Positions 10,812 to 20,300 of a stretch of 64,000 nucleotides of DNA are shown in pieces (the first letter of the stretch is position 1; every line of letters begins with the position of its first letter). The translations under genes and the position numbers were made by a program. The notes under the pieces are model-generated. The model was not told where the DNA came from. It made no database searches and saw only the letters and a program-made list of their open reading frames with translations. The stretch spans positions 186,001-250,000 of the forward strand of contig OZ025669.1 of NCBI GenBank assembly GCA_964019335.1, read 5' to 3'. The DNA is from Diplonema japonicum. Taxonomy: Eukaryota; Protista; Euglenozoa: Diplonemea.

Positions 10812-11264
10812 TTACTCGGACTCTTTTGTGTTCTCTGAATGATCTCCTCTAGCAGCAGTCGCACTTGCAGTTGGGATTGTGGCATCTTTGTCGCACTTGC
10901 AAGATGGAGCACTGCCACTACAGCAAGACCCTTCAGCACATTTGCACTCCTTACCGCATTTGCAAGATCCTTCAGCACGCTTGGAGCCCTGGCCACACTT
11001 GCAGCCTTCACACTTGCAAGACTCACCACATTTGCAAGACCCCTCAGCACACTCGCAGGACCCTTCACCGCATTTGCACCCCTCAGCGCAGTTGCAGGAC
11101 CCTTCACCGCATTTGCAATTGGATACTGCACTGTTGCCACAACAAGGCTCTTCTTGGACCTTAGTGACTTCATTATCCCCGCCCCCGTTGCATCCACACC
11201 CACTGCCATTTGTCACCAGCACTACCACAGCAAGGGCGCACAGAATGTTCAATATAAAGTTCAT
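10812..11264 (-). CDS. Cys-rich metallothionein-like protein with N-terminal signal peptide (150 aa)
   Basis: ATG 11264 MNFILNILCALAVVVLVTNG followed by 13 CxC/CC pairs in CKCGEGSC-type repeats; no aromatic residues in the mature part. Confidence 0.7.
   Translation of the reverse strand: MNFILNILCALAVVVLVTNGSGCGCNGGGDNEVTKVQEEPCCGNSAVSNCKCGEGSCNCAEGCKCGEGSCECAEGSCKCGESCKCEGCKCGQGSKRAEGSCKCGKECKCAEGSCCSGSAPSCKCDKDATIPTASATAARGDHSENTKESE
10895..11120. repeat. Imperfect coding tandem repeat (CKCGEGS/CAEGS units)
   Basis: Recurrent caggacccttcaccgcatttgca and cacttgcaaga units on the + strand. Confidence 0.8.
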
Positions 11265-11378
11265 CTTCTTGTTAAAAAATCTGCAAAGGCCGCTAAAAGC
11301 ATAAGGGGGACAAAAAACAACCATTTTTTTGGTTCAAAGCTTACTTAAACTGTTAACATTCTTTTGTAAAAAAGATGT

Positions 11379-14300
11379 CTACACTGGCCGTGGCACAACA
11401 GGAAGCCCCTTGGGACTTCCCTCGGCCTGGTTGTCGCTTTGGAGAGGCTGTCGTCTTGGGGAAATGGACACGCCATCCTGGCGGATCTGACGCGTGGGGG
11501 AAACTACGGCCCAAGAGCCTTGTTCGACAATGCCCGATTTCGTAGTTAATTGGATATCTCGGGCAATCTTTCGGCGAACGGTCGGAGCTACTTCGGGTTT
11601 CCAGGTGTCAAGGTGCAAGAGCTTCATCTTCTTTGCGATGTTGAAGTAGAAAAGGTTGTTGTAGCAGAATCTGAGGACACCAGTGCGCGAGGTGCCAGCT
11701 ACACCGCTTAAGAGCGTTTCTTTGAGAATGTGCTGTTTGGCTTTTTCCTCACACAGCCTCGCGAACACAGGGCAGACCTCCACTAGCGTAGCGAAATCGC
11801 TTTTCGACAGCTTGTACAGCTCACAGTATGTCTTCGTGACGATGCTCGCGGTCCGCCCTGTTGTGATCAGGAGGGCGATCTCCCCGAAGAAAGACCCTGG
11901 TTTCAAGGGGATCTTTTTCCCGTTACCGAGGGTGGCCTCAAGTTCACCATATGACACAAAGTACATAGCTTTTCCAGGGTCACCCTTGCGTACCACAGTG
12001 ACACCAATTTGTATTTGTTCCAGTGTCAACATCTTGCACACTGCCGATAGTACCTTCTCGTCGTTCATCGCTTTGAACAACGGTACGGTTTGCACAAGGT
12101 CTCGAAGCACGAAGGTTTCAAGACGTGACTTGCCGATCTCTCGAATGCTATCGTGCACGGCGGAGAACTCTTTCATAACGCGCTTGAACGCGGTCTTGCC
12201 CAGCTTGAACAGGTAGCAGTCGGACACGGTGATGACGCTTGCCCGTCTCGGCATGTCATAAAGCAGAGCGATCTCTCCAAAGAAGCCCCCGTCCTTGATG
12301 GTGAAGAACTCCTCATCGCTCACGATGACGTCTAGCTCACCACGTGACACGAAGTACATCCCGTCTCCTATGTCGCCCTTTTCGATTACGAACTCGTCCA
12401 TTTCCACCAAGACAAACTCCAGTACATCCACAATGGCGTCGATGAACTGTCTGTTTTTCAGCTCCGCAAACAGCGGTACCTTTTGAATGATGTCCTTCAA
12501 GATGAACTTGTTGAAACGCTTTTTCGCGATCGCCGTGATGAGCTCCGCTTCCCTGACGTGCTGCGACATCACCTCCTCGAAGTCCTTCGCGTGCAAAGCG
12601 AACAACGTGCTGTCGCTCTTGGCCATGATGGTGGCTGTCCGTGGTGTGTTGAACAACAGAGCGATCTCTCCGAAGAACGACCCATCACGGAGAACAGACA
12701 CTTCTTCGCCTGCGATCGAAATACTGACTTCACCTCGCGATACGAAGTACATCTCGTCACCCCCCATACCCTCTCTTATGATAAATTGCTTTTTCATGAA
12801 TCTCTTTGGTTCCATCAGCCCCACACAATGCAACAGGAAAGCGTCGTCGTTGCACGTGACGAAAAGCGGTACCTTCTTGAGCAGCCCCCTCAATACCGAC
12901 TGCAGCCTTGGTTCGGCAATGCGCTTGATCTGCTCCACTAGCACCGGGTACCTCTCCATCACACACGAAAGGTCGTCTTTCCCCAACACAAATAGTTGAC
13001 TCGTGCCACATGCTAAAATGGTAGCCGTCCGCGGGGTGTCATAAATCAGAGCCAGCTCACCAAAGAAGTCACCATCCTTCATAATGTGTACATTCTTCTC
13101 CTCTACCATAACTGTCAGTTCCCCACGGGACACGAAGTACATCTCGTTGCCTCCCTCTCCCTCGCTGATCACATGTTCCCCGTTCTCGTATCGCTGCGGA
13201 TGCAAGCACCGTACCACATCTTTGATGAACTGTTCCTCTTGGCATCCCTTGAACAGTGGAACCTTCTTCACAATGTCCTCTAAAACAAATGCATTTAGCC
13301 GTTCTTTAGCAAGAATAACCACTTCTTCCTCCAACTTCGGGTACTTTTTCATCACCGCTGAGAAGTTCTCTCTTGTCAATGTCAATACCATGCATGATGT
13401 GGCTGCCGTGATGGTTGCTGTTCTGGGTGTTTGGTAGATCAGGACAATCTCCCCGAAGAAACCGCCATCGCGCAACACGTGCACCTCTTTCCCTGCCAAG
13501 GACACCGTGAGCTGCCCTCTCAAGATGAAGTACATTTCATCACCTCCTTCGCCTTCTTGCACCACCGTTTCCGTCTCTTCATAAGACACCGGCACCAAGA
13601 ACTCTACGATTTCCTTGATGAAGTTTTCGTCGGAGCAATTCTTGAACAAGGGCACGTTCTTCACAAGGTCGCTCAGAACGTGCAGCTTGAACCTTGCTCG
13701 GGCAATTTCTACTATCGATTCAGCTGTGGTTACGAACCTTTTGGTTAACTCTGCGAAGGCAGCTTTCTTGAGGACGAACAGCTGGCTTTTCGTCGCTGCC
13801 TGAATCGTAGCTGTTCTCGGGGTGCGGAACAGCAGCGCAACTTCCCCAAAGAAGTCGCCGTCCTTCATCGCGTGCAATTTCTTGCCGTTCGATGTGACAA
13901 TGAGCTCGCCACGGGAGACGAAATACATCTCATCACCGCCCTCACCTTCCTTCATGATAACCTCCCCCTCCACACAACCCTTCGGAACAAGAGATTCGAC
14001 GACTGCTAATATAAAATCTGTGTCTTCGCAGTCCTGGAAAAGAGGTACCTTCTTCACGATGTCGTTGAGAACGAAGTGGCCCATCCTAACTCGTGCTACA
14101 TCAAGGATGGCATCGCCTTCAACTGGATACATGGATATCACACTGCTAAATGCAGCACGTGACAGGACGAAGAGACTTGTCTTGGACTCTGCGGTGATCG
14201 TGGCTGTCCTGGGGGTGTCATAAACGAGTGCCACTTCGCCGAAAAAGTCACCGTCTCTCATGTGGCCGTTGAACTCCCCAGAGCTGACCAGCAAGCACCC

Positions 14301-17300
14301 ACGTGACACGAAGTACATGGTGTCGCCACCCGCGCCTTCCTCAACGATGGTCTGCCCCTTCTCGTAACTCTCTGGCGTCATCGTGTTCACCAAGTCTTTA
14401 ATGAAAGCACTCGACGCAGATTCAAAGAGGCAGTTCTTGACCACTATTTCTTCCAGGTACTGCGTCATCCTCAACTTCGCAATCCCACGCATCACAGCTG
14501 CCTCCTTCGGGTACTCTTGCAGCACCTTCAGTAGACTAGATCGCATTAAGACATACAACTGCCCTTTTGTATGAGCGACGATGCTTGCTGTCCTTGGCGT
14601 GTCGTACAGCAGGGCCACTTCGCCGAAGAAGGACCCGTCCTTTATGCTGGCGATGCGCTTCCCGCTGATGGTGATGCTCAGGACCCCACGTAAGATGAAG
14701 TACATCTCGTCGCCTCCCTCACCTTGCTTCATGAGGGTGATGCCTTTGGTGATCGAGCGCGGCAACAAGCACATCATGACATCGTTGATGAAGGACTCGC
14801 TTGATTGGGCGAACAGCGGTACCTTCTTGAGCATAGGTAGTAGCACAGATATCCGCAATCTCTCTCCTGCAGTTCGTTTGATGCCTGCGGCCAGCTGTTC
14901 ATATTTCTCAAACACTGACGCAAGGTCGTCTTTCCCCAACACAAATAGTTGACTCGTGCCACATGCTAAAATGGTAGCCGTCCGCGGGGTGTCATAAATC
15001 AGAGCCACTTCACCAAAGAAGTCACCATCCTTCATGGTGTGTACTTTTTTCTCTTCAACAACAACTGTCAGTTCCCCACGGGACACGAAGTACATCTCGT
15101 TGCCTCCCTCTCCCTCGCTGATCACATGTTCCCCGTTCTCGTATCGCTGCGGATCTAAGCACCGTACCACATCTTTGATGAACTGTTCCTCTTGGCATCC
15201 CTTGAACAGTGGAACCTTCTTCACAATGTCCTCTAAAACAAATGCATTTAGCCGTTCTTTAGCAAGAGCAACCACTTCTTCCTCCAACTTCGGGTACTTT
15301 TTCATCACCGCTGAGAAGTTCTCTCTTGTCAATGTCAATACCATGCATGATGTGGCTGCCGTGATGGTTGCTGTTCTGGGTGTTTGGTAGATCAGGACAA
15401 TCTCCCCGAAGAAACCGCCATCGCGCAACACGTGCACCTCTTTCCCTGCCAAGGACACCGTGAGCTGCCCTCTCAAGATGAAGTACATTTCATCACCTCC
15501 TTCGCCTTCTTGCACCACTGCCTCCCCCGCTTGGTAGTTCTTGGGTTCCAGGAGCTCCACGATTTCCTTGATGAAATCTTCCTCAGTGCAAGTCTTGAAC
15601 AAGGGCACGTTCTTCACAAGGTCGCTTAGAACGTGCTTTCGGAATCGTTTGTCAGCGGTCTCTGTGATCCCCTGAGCAGCCTGGGGGTACTCATCCATCA
15701 GTTCCAACAGATCTTCCTTTGTCAATACAAAGAGCCCGCTTCTTCCGGTGGTCTTGATTGTAGCTGTTCTCGGGGTGTCGAATAGCAACGCCACCTCCCC
15801 AAAGAAGTCACCATCTTTCATTGTGTGCACCTTGGTGCCAGCTACGGTGACTGAAAGTTCGCCACGCGAGACGAAATACATCTCGTGACCACCCTCGCCT
15901 TCTTGGACTACAAACTCGTCCCCCTCTAAACCACGGGGGACGAGGCACTTGACGAGACCTGCTATGAAATCTTCGCAATGGCTGGAAGCAAACATAGGCA
16001 CTTTGCGTACAATGTCACCGAGTACGTGCCTTCTCAGCCTGATCTTTGCAAGCTCTCTGATGATATCCGCGTCTGCCGGGAAGGCGTCCATCACCTCGTA
16101 GAAGTCTGTCCTTTTCAGAACGAACAGGTTGCTGATATTTTCGGCGAAGATGGTGGCTGTTCTGGGCGTGTCATACACCAAAGCAATCTCGCCGAAGAAA
16201 TCCCCGTCCTTCATGGTGTGCACTTGCTTGCCTCCTACGTGTACAGAAAGGTGGCCTCTTGATACATAATACATCTCGTCGCCTCCTTCGCCCTCTGTCA
16301 CGATGACGTCGCCCTGTTCGTAGCTGCGCGTGCTCAGCTTGCAAATCAGTTCAGTGATAAAGTCGGTCGACGACGTGTGGAAAAAAGAATGCGGGCGGAG
16401 GAAGTCTGTAAGCAGGAACTGCGTGAATCTCTGTTTGGCAATAGTGTAGACACCTGCAGCAACCCCCTCGTTCTCAGTCATGATCTTGCTGAAGTTTTCC
16501 TTCATCAACACGAACAACTGACTCGGAGTCTTGGCGGTGATGGTGGCCGTCCTGGGTGTGTTGTACACGATGGCAATCTCGCCGAAGAAGTCCCCGTCTT
16601 TCATGGTGTGAACCTCGATCCCGTTTATCGAAATGCCAAGCTCCCCGCGTGAAATGAAGTACATCTCCTCACCTCCCTCGCCTTCGCGTACAATCACATC
16701 TCCTGTATCAAAGCCCTTCGGCCGAAGCTGTTCCACGACCTTTGACAAGAAGTCTTCATCTTGCGAATCTTTAAAGATAGGTACCTTCTTCACGATATCC
16801 TGCAAGACGTGCTTCCGGAACCGAGATGTCGCGATTTCTTTAGTCCACGCCGCCTCAAGGGGGTACCTCTCCATGATGTTCTTGAATTCACGGTTGCTCA
16901 GCGAGAATAGGTGGCTGTCCGTCTCTGCCACGATCGTGGCTGTCCTTGGTGTGTCATAGAGGAGCGCAACCTCACCGAAGAAGTTCCCGTCCGTCAGAAT
17001 GTGCACCAACTTCCCTGCGACCATCACGTGAAGCCGCCCGCGGGAAATAAAGTACATCTCGTGCCCCCCGCCGCCTTCCTCTATTACGCTGGAGCCCTTG
17101 ACATACTTTCGTGCCTCCAGCTGCTCCACCACCTCTTCGATTAGCTCGCTTGTCTTGCACCTTGTGAACAGCGGGACCTTCTTGACCATGTCCTCCAGAA
17201 CGAACTTCCTGAATCTTATCTGGCCTATTTGCTTGATGCTCTCGGCTTGGAGAGGGAACCGCTCCATCACCTTGTCGAAATTCTCCTTCGTGAATACGAA

Positions 17301-20300
17301 AAGATGGGACCGCGTGAGAGCCTTGATGCTGGCAATGCGCGGCGTGTCGTACAGCAGGGCCACCTCACCAAAGAAGCCGCCATCGACAAGAGTGGTAACG
17401 AGCTTGCAACCGATATACACAGCAAGGCTGCCCCTGGATATGAAATACATCTCTGCACCTCCGGCATTCTCATTGATGACAAAGCTTCCCTCCTCAAAGG
17501 TGCAGACTGTGAGGTGCTCGACAACGGCGCCCAGGAACTCATCGTTGTCGCGGCACCGTGCGAACAGCGGTACCTTTGATACATTTTCCTGAAGGACGTA
17601 CTTCTGTAACCGCTGTTTAGCTATGCGCCTAATCGGTTCTGCTGCCTTGTCATGCCGGTCCATCACAGCCTGGAAGTCAAACTTCGACAACACAAACAGC
17701 ATAGACCTCACACGCGCCTTGATAGTCGCAGTACGTGGCGTGTCAAACATAAGCGCAATCTCACCAAAGAAGTCCCCGTCCTTTAATTGGCAGACCTCCT
17801 CCGTTCCCATAAACACCATAAGAACGCCCCGAGACACAAAGTACATCTCATCTCCCCCTTCACCTTCTTTGATCACGTGTTCATCCTCCTCATAATACAC
17901 AGGCTCCATCTTGGTCACTAAGTCATCGATCAGTTCGTTGTCCGTTGATGAGAAGATGGGCACCTTCTTGCAAAGGTCAGCCAGAACAAACTGCTTCAGT
18001 CGTGCTTTTGCCTCTTCGTGGATGTGGTTTGCTTCCAGTGGGTAGGCAATCATGACCTCCTCCAAATCACTTCTCGTTAGGACATACAACTGTGCCATTG
18101 TAGCCGCCTTGATTGTAGCCGTTCTCGGTGTGTCGTAGATCAGCGCCACTTCACCGAAGAAATCGCCGTCGTTGAGCGTGCGCACGACGGTGCCAGCGTA
18201 CAGTATCTCCAGGGTCCCCTTCGAGATGAAAAACATCTCCTGCCCCCCACCACCTTCCTCGATCACCAGGTCTCCTGGGTAATAACTCTTTGGGGTCAGA
18301 CGGAGGACCAAATCGCTCAGGAAATTACTGTGCGACCCTTGGAACATGGAGACCTTATTCACCAAGTCTAAAAGCACAAAGCGGAAGAACCGCTCCTGCG
18401 CGACGTGGAAGATAGCGACGGACACACTGGGGTGTTGGGACAACACGCTGTTGAAGTCGGACCGCTGCAGCATAAAGAGGTGTGATTTCTCTATCGCGTG
18501 GACACCCGCCGTGCGTGTCGTGTCGTAGACAAGTGCAACTTCCCCGAAGTATTCTCCGTCGCTGACGCGCTTTACCTTCTCGTTCCCCACAGAGACTTGC
18601 AACAAACCCCTGTTGACGAAGTACATCTCACCACCCTTCATACCCTCCTTGATCACAGATTCCCCGGCTGCAAAAGTCAACGGTATCAACACGTGTGCCA
18701 GCTCCCTCATGAAATCGTTGTCCACGCCGTGGAACAGCGACACTTTTTTGATGAGTTCGAGCAACACGAATACCTGAAACCTTGCCGTTGCTGTCTCCAT
18801 CACGGTATCTTTGATCTCCGGGTACTTGCACAAAACGCTTTTGAAGTCCTCCTGTGTGAGAACAAGCAGCGTGGATGGCAATGTGGCCCGAATTGTTGCG
18901 GTGCGAGGAGTGTCGTAGACAAGAGCAATCTCTCCAAAAAAGTTGCCGTCGTACATGTTACGAACCAACGCGTTATCTACGGTCACACTAAGGCTGCCCC
19001 GGAGCACGAAGTACATCTCATGCCCACCTTCGCCTTCTCTCATTACGCAGGTGTCTTTGTTGTAGCCTTTCACTGTCAGTTTCAAAGACACTTCTGACAT
19101 GAAACTGTCACTGTGTACGTTTCTAAAGAGAGGTATCTTCTGCACCATTATGTTGATGATGGTGCGAAACCTCGTCTCGGCAATCGCGCGCAGACCCTGC
19201 ATCTCATCCTCGAACCACTTTGAAACAGCAACGAAGTCTTCCTGCGTCAACATGAATAGCAGCGCGCTGCTTGCAGCCTTGATGCTAGCTGTCCTGGGGG
19301 TGTCATATATCAGTGCCACTTCACCGAAAAAGTCCCCGTCCTTCATGACATGCACGATGGACCCCTCTGAGATTACGTTGAGGTCACCACGTGACACGAA
19401 GTACATGCAGTTCTTCTCGGTGCTGTCGCCTTCTTTGATAACCATGTCGCCTGCTTGCAGCCGTGCGGGTTTGAGCTTGTTGACGATCTCTTTGATGAAC
19501 AGGTCGCTGCTCCCTGTGAACATAGGTACTTTCCTTACGAGCTCGTCGAGAACGAATGTTTGTAAGCGTTTTTCTGCTGTGTACAGAATGGAGCCGCTTT
19601 CGTCGGGGTAGTCCGTCAGCACGGCCATGAAATCGCTCTTGCTAAGCACAAATAGCTGTAAACTGCTTGCAGCCTGGATCGTGGCTGTCCGTGGTATGTC
19701 GTATACGAGGGCCACCTCGCCGAGAAAACCACCATCCGTCATCGTGTGCACCTCTTTCCCTTCTATTGTCACTGTAAGGTCACCACGCGATACGAAGTAC
19801 ATCTCATCGCCGCCCTCACCTTCTCTGATGACGTACTCACCGCACTGGTACTTCCTCGGCACCAGGCACTCTACAACGCGTTTCATGAACGCATCGCTGC
19901 AGTCGGACCCGAACATCGGTACCTTCTTCACAAGCTCGTTAAGAACGAACTTCCTCAAACGGGACTCCGCTGTTGTGAGAATCTCATCTCTCTGCGTGGG
20001 GTACCGCTCCACAATGTCGTCGAAAGACTCTCTACTGAGCATCAACACCTGGCTCTCCTGCTCCGCGACAATAGTCGCTGTTCGCGGTGTGTTATGCACC
20101 AAAGCCACCTCGCCAAAGTAGTCGCCGTCGACTAACTGCAACACTTGATACCCCAGCACGTACACCCCTACAAGGCCACGTGACACGAAGAACAGATCCG
20201 TACCCCCTTCGCCTTCTTTGATGATTTGTGTACCTTTTGGGAACACCCTGGAGACCAGTTTATTGGTAAGAAGGACGAGGACATCTAGCGAGGTCTTCTG

